Made by a program: the position numbers and the translations under genes. Shown here piece after piece: positions 38,327 through 48,418 of a stretch of 52,802 nt of DNA (position 1 is its first letter; every line of letters begins with the position of its first letter). This DNA is from an uncultured Marinoscillum sp. (GTDB taxonomy: Bacteria > Bacteroidota > Bacteroidia > Cytophagales > MED-G16): contig CAZYIL010000001.1 of NCBI GenBank assembly GCA_964646945.1, positions 6,988 through 59,789 of the forward strand, written 5' to 3'. Under the pieces are notes generated by a model that was given only the letters and a program-made list of their open reading frames with translations, made no database searches and was not told where the DNA came from.

Positions 38327-39826
38327 ATGTCTTTAATCGATAATGTCATTGGTTTTCAATTAAAAAGACGAATTCCAAAAATAAATGCTGTATGTGACAA
38401 TCCTATAAGCACCCAAAAAAAAATTTTAATAAAACTCTTAAAATCAGCAAAAAATACCTTTTATGGAACAAAATATAATTTTAGTCAAATAACTAGCTAC
38501 AATTCTTTTTCTTCAAAAGTTCCTGCGGTATCCTATGAGGAGTTTTATCCAATCCTTTCTTTAATTCTTAAAGGGAAAAAAAATGTTTCTTGGCCTGGTA
38601 GAATAAAATGGTTTGCAAAATCTTCAGGAACTACAAATGATAAAAGCAAATATATTCCCGTTTCATCTGAAGCTTTAAAAGAAGGTCATTTTAAAGCAGG
38701 GAAAGATTTGTTATCTATTTATTTAAATAATTATAGCAATTCAAAACTTTTTACTGGAAAATCATTAGCTATAGGAGGCAGCAGACAAATTAATCCTCTA
38801 GATAATAATATGTTTACCGGAGATATTTCTGCTGTATTGTTAAAAAACTTACCTGTTTGGGCTCAAGGTCAAAGAACGCCCCCATTAGACATTGCTTTAA
38901 TGGGTGACTGGGAAAAAAAAATAAAAAAGATGGCACAAATTACTTCTAAACAGAATGTAACTAATATTGTAGGCGTACCAACATGGACGGTGTTCTTAAT
39001 TAAAAAAATTTTACAATTAAACAATTGTAAAAACATATTAGAAATATGGCCCAATTTAGAATTATTCATTCATGGCGCTGTTTCGTTTAAGCCCTATAGA
39101 GAATTATTCAAATCATTAATTCCTTCACATAAGATGAAATATTTGGAAACCTATAATGCTTCAGAAGGATTTTTTGCTTTTCAAGACCAAAGAAATTCAG
39201 AGGAAATGTTATTATTGTTAGCCCATGGTATTTATTATGAATTTCAAGAAACGAGCAAGAATTCAAAAAAAATTTTATCTTTAGAAACAGTCAAGTTAGG
39301 TGTAAACTATGCGTTAATTATTTCCACCAATTCTGGTTTGTGGAGATATAAAATTGGTGACACAATAGTATTTACATCATTAAATCCTTATAGAATTAAA
39401 ATTTCAGGAAGAACAAAACATTTTATTAATGCATTTGGGGAAGAATTAATTGTTGAAAACGCTGAAATAGCAATTCAAAAAGCATCTTATCTCACAAATT
39501 CAACAATTTATAATTTTACTGCAGGCCCAAAATACATTTCAGGAAAAAGCAAGGGATATCACGAATGGATTATAGAATTTAGTGTTCCTCCTAAAAAATT
39601 GTCTACATTCAATAAATTATTAGATAAATTTTTAAAAGAACAAAACTCAGATTATGAAGCAAAAAGGCAAAAAGGCATAGCTCTTGGACGGCCCATAATA
39701 CATTCAGTAAAACCTGGAACATTTGATAAATGGTTAAAAACAAAAAAAAAATTTGGTGGTCAAAATAAAATTCCTAGATTATCGAATAATAGAGAATATC
39801 TTGATGAAATATTATTAAAAAAATAA
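38327..39826 (+). CDS. GH3-family (auxin-responsive GH3-like) adenylate-forming acyl-acid amido synthetase homologue
   Basis: FAKSSGTTNDKSKYIPVS (ANL/GH3 P-loop-like motif), YNASEGFF and YRIGD-like WRYKIGD. Starts 2 nt after the lptB stop. Confidence 0.75.
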   Translation: MSLIDNVIGFQLKRRIPKINAVCDNPISTQKKILIKLLKSAKNTFYGTKYNFSQITSYNSFSSKVPAVSYEEFYPILSLILKGKKNVSWPGRIKWFAKSSGTTNDKSKYIPVSSEALKEGHFKAGKDLLSIYLNNYSNSKLFTGKSLAIGGSRQINPLDNNMFTGDISAVLLKNLPVWAQGQRTPPLDIALMGDWEKKIKKMAQITSKQNVTNIVGVPTWTVFLIKKILQLNNCKNILEIWPNLELFIHGAVSFKPYRELFKSLIPSHKMKYLETYNASEGFFAFQDQRNSEEMLLLLAHGIYYEFQETSKNSKKILSLETVKLGVNYALIISTNSGLWRYKIGDTIVFTSLNPYRIKISGRTKHFINAFGEELIVENAEIAIQKASYLTNSTIYNFTAGPKYISGKSKGYHEWIIEFSVPPKKLSTFNKLLDKFLKEQNSDYEAKRQKGIALGRPIIHSVKPGTFDKWLKTKKKFGGQNKIPRLSNNREYLDEILLKK

Positions 39827-39827
39827 A

Positions 39828-40592
39828 TCATATTTTTTCAATATAATCAAAAGTTGATAAAATTACCGGTTGGTTATCTATTACCGCTACATTGTGTTCA
39901 AAATGGGCGGAAGGTTTTTTGTCTTTAGTAACAATTGTCCACCCATCAAAAAGTTGTGTAACATCTTTTGTTCCCATATTTATCATTGGCTCAATTGCGA
40001 CCACTAAACCATTTTTGATTTCAGGGCCACTATCTTTTTCTCCAAAATTAGGAACCTCAGGATCTTCATGAAGATCTTTCCCTAACCCATGCCCAACTAA
40101 TTCTCTTACGACTCCGTATCCAAAACTCTCAGTATATTGTTGAATTGTAAAACTTACGTCGCCAATTTTATTTCCTACTTTTAATTTATCTATACCTAAG
40201 TATAAAGATTCTTTGGTGACTTTAAGCAACTTTTTAACTTCTTTAGATACTTCACCAACCTCAAATGTATATGCATGATCACCATAGAAATTGTTTTTTA
40301 TAACTCCACAGTCAACAGAAATAATGTCCCCATTTCTAAGAGGGGTTTTATTGGGAACGCCATGAACCACCTGCTCATTAACAGAGACACATAGGGTATT
40401 TGGAAAACCATATAAACCTAAAAAACCAGGGTTTGCATTATGGTCTCTAATAAAGGTTTCAGCATATTGATCCAATTCTATTGGAGCTATTCCTGGTTGA
40501 ATTAATTTATTGATTTCTCCAAGGGTTTTTGAAACCAACAAAGAACTTTCTTTTATTAACTCTATCTCATCAGGAGTTTTATAAATGATCAT
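39828..40592 (-). CDS. map: Type I methionine aminopeptidase
   Basis: Metal ligands in DIISVDCG, GDHAYTF, VGHGLG, AIEPM and HFEH contexts. Confidence 0.95.
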   Translation of the reverse strand: MIIYKTPDEIELIKESSLLVSKTLGEINKLIQPGIAPIELDQYAETFIRDHNANPGFLGLYGFPNTLCVSVNEQVVHGVPNKTPLRNGDIISVDCGVIKNNFYGDHAYTFEVGEVSKEVKKLLKVTKESLYLGIDKLKVGNKIGDVSFTIQQYTESFGYGVVRELVGHGLGKDLHEDPEVPNFGEKDSGPEIKNGLVVAIEPMINMGTKDVTQLFDGWTIVTKDKKPSAHFEHNVAVIDNQPVILSTFDYIEKI

Positions 40593-40609
40593 TTTATTGT
40601 AAAGAGTTA

Positions 40610-41995
40610 TTAACCAATCATTTTATTTGGATCTACCCATTTATCGAAATCTTTTTCAGAAACAAGCTTTAATGATAAAGCAGCTTCTTTTAACGTCGTC
40701 CCTTCTTTATAAGCTGCTTTAGCAATCTTTGCAGCGTTTTCATACCCAATATGTGGATTCAGCGCTGTAACTAACATTAGTGAATTATGTAAATGTTTTT
40801 TAATTACCTTCATATTGGGCTTAATTCCTTGAGCACAATTGTTGTCAAATGAATTACATACATCTCCAAGCAATCTAGATGAATTCAAAACATTGTAAGC
40901 CATTAATGGCTTGAATACATTCAACTCAAAATGACCATTCATACCCCCAATTGTAGTTGCGATATCATTCCCGATGATTTGAGCACACACCATAGTTAAA
41001 GCTTCACATTGTGTAGGATTTACTTTTCCTGGCATAATAGAGGACCCAGGTTCATTAGCAGGAATTAGTATTTCACCTATGCCACTTCTGGGACCAGAAG
41101 ACAACATTCTGATATCATTCCCTATTTTCATTAATGAAACCGCTAATTTTTTTAATGCCCCCGAAGAACCTATAGCAGCATCATTTGCAGCAAGCGCTTC
41201 AAATTTGTTTGGTGCCGAAATAAACTTATATCCTGTAATTTCAGAGATTTTCTTAGCTACAAGTTTAGAATACCCTTTAGGAGTATTTAATCCAGTTCCT
41301 ACGGCTGTTCCACCAAGAGCTATTTCAGACAAATGAAGCAAGCTATGCTTTAATTCTTTAATGCCATTTTTTAATTGAGTAGCGTAACCACTAAACTCCA
41401 TTCCTAATGATAATGGGGTTGCATCCATAAAATGCGTTCTTCCTATTTTCACAATATTTTTAAATTCTTCTGATTTCTTAGAAAAGGTTTTTTCAAGTTG
41501 GTACAAAGACGGTATTGTTAAACTATCAATTAAATGATACAGTGACATATTCATTGCTGTAGGAAAAGTATCATTTGAAGATTGTGATTTATTAACATCA
41601 TCATTTGGGTGAATTTTTTTTATTTTATCTGTAAGTTTTCCTCCCATGATTTCATGAGCTCTATTTGCAATTACCTCGTTAACATTCATATTAGTTTGTG
41701 TGCCAGATCCCGTTTGCCAGACTACTAATGGAAAATGGTCCACTAATTTTCCATCCAAAATTTCTTCACAAACTAAACAAATCACCTCCATTTTTTCTTT
41801 GTCTAGAATACCTAATTCATGATTTGATTCTGCTGCTGCCATTTTAAGAACAGCAAAGCTTTCAATTATTTCCCAGGGCATTTTTTCAAAGCCTATATCG
41901 AAATTCATTAAAGACCTTTGAGTTTGAGCCCCCCAATATTTATCCAAAGGGACCTCAATAATTCCTATAGTATCTTTTTCTTTTCTTGTCTTCAT
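40610..41995 (-). CDS. fumC: Class II fumarate hydratase
   Basis: [15 protein letters not shown] signature. The start is set at [16 protein letters not shown] (461 aa). The 39-codon upstream extension in the ORF track is low-complexity and contains a promoter box. Confidence 0.95.
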   Translation of the reverse strand: MKTRKEKDTIGIIEVPLDKYWGAQTQRSLMNFDIGFEKMPWEIIESFAVLKMAAAESNHELGILDKEKMEVICLVCEEILDGKLVDHFPLVVWQTGSGTQTNMNVNEVIANRAHEIMGGKLTDKIKKIHPNDDVNKSQSSNDTFPTAMNMSLYHLIDSLTIPSLYQLEKTFSKKSEEFKNIVKIGRTHFMDATPLSLGMEFSGYATQLKNGIKELKHSLLHLSEIALGGTAVGTGLNTPKGYSKLVAKKISEITGYKFISAPNKFEALAANDAAIGSSGALKKLAVSLMKIGNDIRMLSSGPRSGIGEILIPANEPGSSIMPGKVNPTQCEALTMVCAQIIGNDIATTIGGMNGHFELNVFKPLMAYNVLNSSRLLGDVCNSFDNNCAQGIKPNMKVIKKHLHNSLMLVTALNPHIGYENAAKIAKAAYKEGTTLKEAALSLKLVSEKDFDKWVDPNKMIG

Positions 41996-42015
41996 TTTTG
42001 AAAAAATAATTACTA

Positions 42016-42023
42016 CAAAAGTA
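42016..42023 (-). promoter_or_regulatory. TAnnTTTG box (TACTTTTG on the minus strand) upstream of fumC
   Basis: Plus-strand CAAAAGTA, 20 nt upstream of the ATG at 41995. Confidence 0.4.
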
Positions 42024-42144
42024 CACATAAATAATTTTTTATTATTGTTCTTAGACAGGATGTCACATATAATGTTTATTTCCATTGTATTTATAATTAA
42101 AATACATTTCATTTGTAGTTTAGAATTAATCTAAATAAAACATT

Positions 42145-43176
42145 ATGAAAAATATTTTTTATTTAATCATTATACTTTTTGTTTTTTCATGTGTTCCTAC
42201 AAAAACAGAGAACAATATTCAAGAAGTTAATCTCTATAGTCAAAGACATTACTCAGTTGATGAAATACAATATGCGAATTTTGAACAGGAAACAGGAATA
42301 AAAGTGAACGTTGTTAAAGCTAATGCAGATGAATTAATAGAAAGATTAAAAAATGAAGGCGAAAATTCTCCAGCAGACTTATTTATTACAGTTGATGCTG
42401 GAAAATTATATAAAGCAAGAAAAGCTGGTGTTTTACAAAAATTATCAACACCAACTATTGAAAGGAATATTAAATCTGAATTGAGAGATCCTGATGGGTT
42501 TTGGACACCTATAACTTACAGAGCACGAATTATTGTTTATAGCAAAGATAGGGTTAATCAATCAGAACTTAGCACATACGAAGACTTAATAAATCCTAAG
42601 TGGAAAGGTAGATTATTAGTTAGAACTTCATCAAACGCATATAATCAAGCTCTTATGTCTTCAATAGTTGCTAATCTTGGTTCTGATATTGCTACAGAAT
42701 GGTCTTTAGGTATTGTATCAAATTTTGCAAGAGACCCAAAAGGCAGCGATAGAGATCAGGTAAAAGCTATTGCTGCTGGACAGGGTGATATTGCAATTGT
42801 AAACTCCTATTACATTGGTTTATTGTTATCATCTGATAAGGAAGAGGAGCTTAAAGCAGGAAATGCTGTTTCAGTTTTTTTTCCTAATCAAGGAGACAAT
42901 GAAAGAGGAAGTCATATTAATGTTTCGGCTATTGGATTGACAAAAAATTCACCAAACAAAAAAAATGCTATTAAATTAATTGAGTACCTTACAAGTGAGG
43001 CAGCACAGAAAGTATTTGTAAATAATAGTTATGAATACCCTGTTAATGCTTCAGTAGAACCTTCAGAAATTGTTAAAAACTGGGGTGATTTTAAAACCGA
43101 TAACCTGAATTTAAATACTTTAGGGAAATATAGGACTCAGGCAATTAAAATATTTGATAAAACCGGTTGGAAATAA
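42145..43176 (+). CDS. Fe3+ ABC transporter periplasmic substrate-binding protein (AfuA/FutA/FbpA-type)
   Basis: Lipoprotein-like signal (LFVFSC). VNLYSQRHYSVDEIQY..FEQETGIKVNVVKANADELIERLKNEG.NSPADLFITVDAG is the typical AfuA/FutA opening. Confidence 0.8.
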   Translation: MKNIFYLIIILFVFSCVPTKTENNIQEVNLYSQRHYSVDEIQYANFEQETGIKVNVVKANADELIERLKNEGENSPADLFITVDAGKLYKARKAGVLQKLSTPTIERNIKSELRDPDGFWTPITYRARIIVYSKDRVNQSELSTYEDLINPKWKGRLLVRTSSNAYNQALMSSIVANLGSDIATEWSLGIVSNFARDPKGSDRDQVKAIAAGQGDIAIVNSYYIGLLLSSDKEEELKAGNAVSVFFPNQGDNERGSHINVSAIGLTKNSPNKKNAIKLIEYLTSEAAQKVFVNNSYEYPVNASVEPSEIVKNWGDFKTDNLNLNTLGKYRTQAIKIFDKTGWK

Positions 43177-44762
43177 ATAGTAATTATTTTCTTATTGAAA
43201 ACAAAAGATGGATAATAGGGAGTATAGCACTTGCTTTAATTTTATTATCCCCTATTTTTATACTCTTTTTTAATCTTTTTACTAGCGATAAAAGCACATT
43301 AATTTACCTATTTGAAACTGTGATATTTGATTATAGTTTTAACACACTATATTTAGTTTTAGTCACCTCTTTTTTTACTTTAATTTTAGGCGTAATTCCA
43401 GCGTGGTTTATTAGTAACTATAATTTTATAGGCAGAAAATTTTTTGATATATCACTTTATCTTCCTTTAGCTATTCCTTCCTATATAATGGGCTTTACCT
43501 ATATTGATATATTGAGTTATACTGGACCAATCCAAAGTTTTTTAAGATCACACAGTATTTTTTTAGCTAATATTTTTAATCGAGATTATTTACAAATTGA
43601 AATTCTTGGAATCCTTCTGAGCTTAGCTTTGTATCCTTATGTTTATACAGTATCGAGAATTTCATTTAGTCTTGCAGGTTCTCATTATTTAAATATATCA
43701 AAAAATCTAGGTTTATCTACTTTCCAAACCTTTTATAAAGTTATTCTTCCACTATCAAGACCCGCAATTTTTTCTGGTCTTTTTTTAGTCATCATGGAGG
43801 TTTTAAATGAATATGGAGCTGTAAAATATTTTGGAATCAACACATATACTACAGGTATTTTTAGGTCTTGGTTTTCTTTAGGTGATGTGGAAGGAGCAAT
43901 TCAATTGGCTTGCATACTTCTTACGTTAGTCTTAATATTATTTATTCTTGAAATAAATTCAAAAAAAAATTCAAAATTTTTTTACAGTAAAAACGCCCAA
44001 ATTCAAAGATTAATTCCTCTAAACAAGAAATCTGATACTGCTATTATGATAACCTGTTCTGTTCCTTTTTTGTTTGGTTTTTTAATTCCCTTCACATTTA
44101 TTTTTTATAATGCAATCCTAACTTTTTCTCAAACAGATTTTGCTAAACTTTTAACGCTAACGTGGAATACTGTTTACATTTCTTCTTTTGCATCAATTAT
44201 AATAATTGTTATTGCCTTATTTTTCTTATTTGTAGAAAGAATATCCAAAACCAAAATATATTTATATATAAACAGCTTAATATCACTGGGGTACGCATTA
44301 CCTGGAGCCGTTATTGGGCTAGGTTTAATTATTTTATTCAGCTCCTTTTCTTTAGTAGGTTCATTTTTTATATTGATTTTTGCTTATACAATTCGATTTT
44401 TAGCTGTTGCAAAATCACCTATTAAATCTAGCATTGAAAAACACCCAGAAACATTTGATGATACTGGTAAAAACCTTGGACTTAGTCCTTTAAGATTACT
44501 TAACAAAATACATTTGCCAATAAATAAATTTGCGCTTATTAGCGCATTTATTATCACATTTATTGATGTCATGAAAGAACTGCCTATCACTTTAATCCTT
44601 CGGCCGTTTAATTTTGATACACTTGCAACCAAAACTTATGAATTTGCCGTGGAAGAAATGATACCATTATCATCCATATATTCTCTTATTATTATTATAA
44701 TAGGAAGTTTGATGTTATTATTTTTGAAAAACTTTATTGATAAACAACTCAATGTATCTTGA
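43167..44762 (+). CDS. Fe3+ ABC transporter permease (duplicated MalFG-type domains, FbpB/AfuB-like)
   Basis: 531 aa with about 12 TM segments and two EAA-like loops (ISKNLGLSTFQTFYKVILP and TGKNLGLSPLRLLNKIHLP). TTG start overlaps the binding-protein gene by 10 nt. Confidence 0.85.
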   Translation: MEINSNYFLIENKRWIIGSIALALILLSPIFILFFNLFTSDKSTLIYLFETVIFDYSFNTLYLVLVTSFFTLILGVIPAWFISNYNFIGRKFFDISLYLPLAIPSYIMGFTYIDILSYTGPIQSFLRSHSIFLANIFNRDYLQIEILGILLSLALYPYVYTVSRISFSLAGSHYLNISKNLGLSTFQTFYKVILPLSRPAIFSGLFLVIMEVLNEYGAVKYFGINTYTTGIFRSWFSLGDVEGAIQLACILLTLVLILFILEINSKKNSKFFYSKNAQIQRLIPLNKKSDTAIMITCSVPFLFGFLIPFTFIFYNAILTFSQTDFAKLLTLTWNTVYISSFASIIIIVIALFFLFVERISKTKIYLYINSLISLGYALPGAVIGLGLIILFSSFSLVGSFFILIFAYTIRFLAVAKSPIKSSIEKHPETFDDTGKNLGLSPLRLLNKIHLPINKFALISAFIITFIDVMKELPITLILRPFNFDTLATKTYEFAVEEMIPLSSIYSLIIIIIGSLMLLFLKNFIDKQLNVS

Positions 44763-45714
44763 AATAAAAAACCTTGTTAAGCATTATGATAGTAAATTCC
44801 CTATCATCAAAGACCTTAGCTTTTCTGTAAAGAAAGGAGAATTGATTTCTTTTCTTGGAGAAAGTGGCTCTGGAAAAACAACTTTTTTAAAATGTATAGC
44901 TGGTCTAGAAAAAATTAACGGAGGATCAATTTCATTAAACTCGAATTACCTTAATAATAAGAGCATATTTATTAAACCTCAAGAAAGGAAAATCGGCTTT
45001 GTATTTCAGGATTACCCTTTGTTTCCACATCTAAATTTAAAAGAGAATATTATTTTTAATCTTAAAAAAAAATATTAAAAGAATTTTGATTATATATTAA
45101 AACTAACAAGACTCAAGTATCTTATTGATAGGTATCCGCATCAATTATCTGGAGGTGAACAACAACGAGCGTGTATTGCTAGAGCACTTATAAGAGAGCC
45201 GGAATTATTATTGCTCGATGAGCCATTTAGTAATTTAGATTCTACGATAAAAGAATCTATGAGAGAAGAAATTTATAAAATTATTAAAGAAACGAACACA
45301 ACAACTATTCTGGTGACGCATGATATAAAAGACGCTATGAATATTTCTGATAGAATAATAGTTTTTAAAGCTGGAATTTTACAACAATATGATGATCCTG
45401 TTAAAATGTACTGTAAACCAGCAAATTGTTATTGTGCGGAGATTTTAGGAGACATGAATAAGTTATTTGTTGATAATAAAACTTATTATGTAAGGCCTGA
45501 AAAAGTTAAAATAGTAAAAAAATCAAAATATAAAGTTCATGTTGAGAAATGTTTTTTTCAAGGCAAAGAATATAAACTTAAAGGAAAACAAAAAAATGAA
45601 GTTTGGCATTTCTTTTCTTCGAATCCACTAAAAGAGAGGTCTGATATCTATGTAGAGTTTGGAAAAAAAGATTTAATTTATTTTGATCCTGTTTGTAAAA
45701 ATTTTTTTAAATAA
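44752..45714 (+). pseudogene. Fe3+ ABC transporter ATP-binding protein (FbpC/AfuC-like) interrupted by one in-frame TAA
   Basis: Both ORF-track pieces (44737..45078 and 45211..45714) are in the same frame. Reading through the TAA at 45076..45078 gives GESGSGKTT ... Y*KNFDYILKLTRLKYLIDRYPHQLSGGEQQRACIARALIREPELLLLDEPFSNLD, a complete Walker A / signature / Walker B order. Confidence 0.8.
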
Positions 45715-45718
45715 ACTT

Positions 45719-46945
45719 TTAAAACGTTAATTCCTTTTTTAAAATCTCTCCATTTCTATTTACAGTAACTATTGTAGTATTTCCTTTTTCAAATTTAGAA
45801 AGAGCTTTCATGTACCCCATCATATCTTTTGTGTTATGTTCGCCGATTTTTATTACTATGTCTCCTTTTATCAGACCTGAAATTTGAGCCGGCTTATCTT
45901 CTGAAACTCCATCTATTCTCATACCCTCACCACCAAATAAATAATCGAGCATTACCCCAAGTGAAACTTTAAATCTAGGAACTTCTTGACTTTCATTTTT
46001 CGTTTTTTGAAATTTTAATTTTCCATTATCATCTAAGTCTGAAATAATAGTAAAAATATAATCAGATATCTTGTTCATTCCTTCAAAATTAATTTTGATA
46101 TAATCATCTGAAGGTTTATGATAATCTTCATGTTGACCAGTAAAAAAATGCAGAACAGGGATGTCATTTAAATAAAAAGACGTATGATCAGATGGACCAA
46201 CTCCAGAATCTTTTAAAGATAATTTAAATACTTTATTGTTTGAGTTAAGAGTTTGTTTAAAAATAGGAGAAGTTCCAACACCATACACAGCTAATGTAGA
46301 ATCATTTCTTAATCTCCCTACCATATCCATGTTAATCATATAATTAATTTTTGATAAATCAATTGTTGGGTTTTTTGTAAAATAATTTGATCCTAGAAGA
46401 CCAATTTCTTCTCCAGAAAAAGCAATAAATAAATAATTATTTTTTTTATTACTATTAATAAGTTTTCTTGCTAAATCAATCATCATAGCTGTACCGCTTG
46501 CATTGTCATCTGCACCATTGTGAATCTGTCTTTCTTTTTTTTCAGTTAATGAATTTTGTTGGTTGTAACCCAGATGATCGTAATGTGCTCCAATAATTAT
46601 GGTATTTTCAGTTTTGTTATCAATATATCCCATTACATTTCTTCCTGTGATTGCACTATCATTTTTTATATTAATCAAAGATGTTTCTTTATGAGGATCA
46701 TTTGATGGATTAAAATTAAAATTTTGATAATAATCTTTAATACCTATTGATTTTAAATTTAATTCAACAAATTTATTTTTTATATATGCAGCAGCTAATA
46801 ACTCGCCCTTGGTTCCTGTCTCTCTACCTTCGAGGCTATCTTTTGACAAATAGAGAACATCTTCTTTCATCAGGTTTTTGTATGCGAATTTTTTCTCACA
46901 ACTTATGATGAATATAAAAAAGAATAAATACTTTGTTAACTTCAT
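45719..46945 (-). CDS. M28-family zinc aminopeptidase with C-terminal PDZ domain
   Basis: GAHYDHLG, GADDNASGTA, FSGEEIGLLGS and HEDYHKPSDD. C-terminal PDZ-like segment GVSEDKPAQISGLIKGDIVIKIG. Confidence 0.85.
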   Translation of the reverse strand: MKLTKYLFFFIFIISCEKKFAYKNLMKEDVLYLSKDSLEGRETGTKGELLAAAYIKNKFVELNLKSIGIKDYYQNFNFNPSNDPHKETSLINIKNDSAITGRNVMGYIDNKTENTIIIGAHYDHLGYNQQNSLTEKKERQIHNGADDNASGTAMMIDLARKLINSNKKNNYLFIAFSGEEIGLLGSNYFTKNPTIDLSKINYMINMDMVGRLRNDSTLAVYGVGTSPIFKQTLNSNNKVFKLSLKDSGVGPSDHTSFYLNDIPVLHFFTGQHEDYHKPSDDYIKINFEGMNKISDYIFTIISDLDDNGKLKFQKTKNESQEVPRFKVSLGVMLDYLFGGEGMRIDGVSEDKPAQISGLIKGDIVIKIGEHNTKDMMGYMKALSKFEKGNTTIVTVNRNGEILKKELTF

Positions 46946-46956
46946 TTTTTCTGAAT

Positions 46957-46964
46957 TATTTTTG
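46957..46964 (+). promoter_or_regulatory. TAnnTTTG box (TATTTTTG) for the TolB-like lipoprotein gene
   Basis: 23 nt upstream of the TTG start at 46988. Back-to-back with a minus-strand box 2 nt away. Confidence 0.35.
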
Positions 46965-46965
46965 A

Positions 46966-46973
46966 CAAAAATA
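46966..46973 (-). promoter_or_regulatory. TAnnTTTG box (TATTTTTG on the minus strand) for the M28 peptidase gene
   Basis: Plus-strand CAAAAATA, 20 nt upstream of the ATG at 46945. Confidence 0.35.
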
Positions 46974-46987
46974 CTTAAAGATTTATT

Positions 46988-48058
46988 TTGAAATACTCTT
47001 TATCAATTTTTTTTATCACCCTATTTTTAGGATGCAAAAATGAATTTTCAGACAAGGAAAGTAAACAATTAATTTATCCTGATGAAAAACATTTTAAGTC
47101 TATTAGACAGGTTACTTTTGGAGGGGACAATGCAGAAGCTTATTGGAGCTTTGATGATGAAAAATTAATTTTTCAATCTAATTATAAGAATTGGAATGTT
47201 AGCTGTGATCAAATGTTTATTATGAATCATGATGATACTTATTATGAAAAAAGTCCTCAAATGATTAGCACAGGAAATGGAAGAACTACTTGCGCTTATT
47301 TTCTTCCCGATAACCAACATTTTTTATATGCCTCTACTCATTTAGCTAATAAGACTTGTCCAGAAACTCCTTTAAGGGTTGATGGAAAATATGTCTGGCC
47401 TGTGTATGACTCATATGATATTTTTATTTCTGATCTACAAGGCAATGTTATTAATCAATTAACCTCTGAAAATGGTTATGATGCCGAAGCCACCATTTCA
47501 CCTCAGGGAGATAAAATTGTTTTTACTTCTATGAGAAGCGGTGATTTAGAATTATATACAATGAATCTTGATGGTTCCGATGTAAAACAAATCACAAATC
47601 AATTGGGGTATGATGGAGGAGCTTTTTTTTCACCAGACGGAACAAAAATAATTTTTCGAGCCTCAAGACCGCAAACTCCAAATACAGTAAAAGAATATAA
47701 AGAATTATTAAGCAGAGGATTGGTTGTGCCAACAGAAATGGAACTATTTATATGTAATGCTGACGGATCTGAACTGAAACAAATTACATTTCTCGGCAAT
47801 TCAAATTGGAGTCCTTTTTTTCATCCTTCTGGAAAAAAAATATTGTTTTCATCTAATTTTGAAGCTGAAATGGGCTTCCCTTTTAATATATATATGATTG
47901 ATATTGATGGAAAAAATTTAAAAAAAATTACCAGTGATAAGATGTTTGACTCATTTCCAGTTTTTTCACATGACGGTAAAAAATTAGCGTTTTCTTCTAA
48001 CCGTAACAACGGAGGAACTAGAGACACTAATTTATTCATAGCCGAATGGGTAGATTAA
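46988..48058 (+). CDS. TolB-like PD40/WD40 beta-propeller lipoprotein
   Basis: Lipobox LFLGC. Repeated PD40 units (ISPQGDKIVFTSMRSGDLELY, FFSPDGTKIIFRASR, FSHDGKKLAFSSNRNNGG). TTG start. Confidence 0.8.
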   Translation: MKYSLSIFFITLFLGCKNEFSDKESKQLIYPDEKHFKSIRQVTFGGDNAEAYWSFDDEKLIFQSNYKNWNVSCDQMFIMNHDDTYYEKSPQMISTGNGRTTCAYFLPDNQHFLYASTHLANKTCPETPLRVDGKYVWPVYDSYDIFISDLQGNVINQLTSENGYDAEATISPQGDKIVFTSMRSGDLELYTMNLDGSDVKQITNQLGYDGGAFFSPDGTKIIFRASRPQTPNTVKEYKELLSRGLVVPTEMELFICNADGSELKQITFLGNSNWSPFFHPSGKKILFSSNFEAEMGFPFNIYMIDIDGKNLKKITSDKMFDSFPVFSHDGKKLAFSSNRNNGGTRDTNLFIAEWVD

Positions 48059-48313
48059 AATTTTAAAAATCAAACCTATCCCCGCAGTAAATGTTCTTGA
48101 TAATCCAGGCCTTAAACCCCCTGGTCTTCTGGCCACAGAATAAATATTATTAGTAATATTTCTTATTGCTAAATGAAATTTAATTTTTTCGTTAATATTA
48201 TAGTTTAACGCTGTATTGATCATCCCAAATCCTTTAATAAGTTCAGTTATATTATCCATTTTAATTCCTGAGATAGTTCTTACATCACTTTTAAGTGAAT
48301 AATTTAAATAGTC
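48032..48313 (-). pseudogene. C-terminal remnant (~90 codons) of a TonB-dependent receptor
   Basis: The open frame DYLNYSLKSDVRTISGIKMDNITELIKGFGMINTALNYNINEKIKFHLAIRNITNNIYSVARRPGGLRPGLSRTFTAGIGLIF matches the last beta-strands of TBDRs (...N.TN..Y ... PG..RTF..G....F). An in-frame stop lies immediately upstream at 48314-48316. No plug or barrel precedes it. Confidence 0.7.
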
Positions 48314-48418
48314 TCACAAATTTATTCTAATTTAGATTAAATCTTAATAAAGCATCTAATACAATCATTGGGCTATTTTATCATCAACTGAACTGTTTTA
48401 TAAATGTAGCTGGATTTA

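Noticed and set aside
41996-42112. 39-codon N-terminal extension of fumC in the ORF track ([13 protein letters not shown]...).
   Set aside because: The extension is hydrophobic and low-complexity, is absent from class II fumarases and contains the TACTTTTG promoter box. The ATG at 41995 gives a canonical 461-aa FumC.
41996-42144. Fur box or iron-responsive operator in the fumC / Fe3+ ABC transporter divergent spacer.
   Set aside because: The region is AT-rich, but I could not align a convincing 19-bp Fur-type palindrome by eye. It needs a position-weight-matrix scan.
45076-45078. Possibility that TAA is a reassigned sense codon or a programmed readthrough site.
   Set aside because: Many well-supported genes in the window (for example polA, ybeY and the HupE-like gene) end at TAA at the expected protein length. 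I know of no TAA reassignment in bacteria. A nonsense mutation or a base-call error is the simpler explanation.
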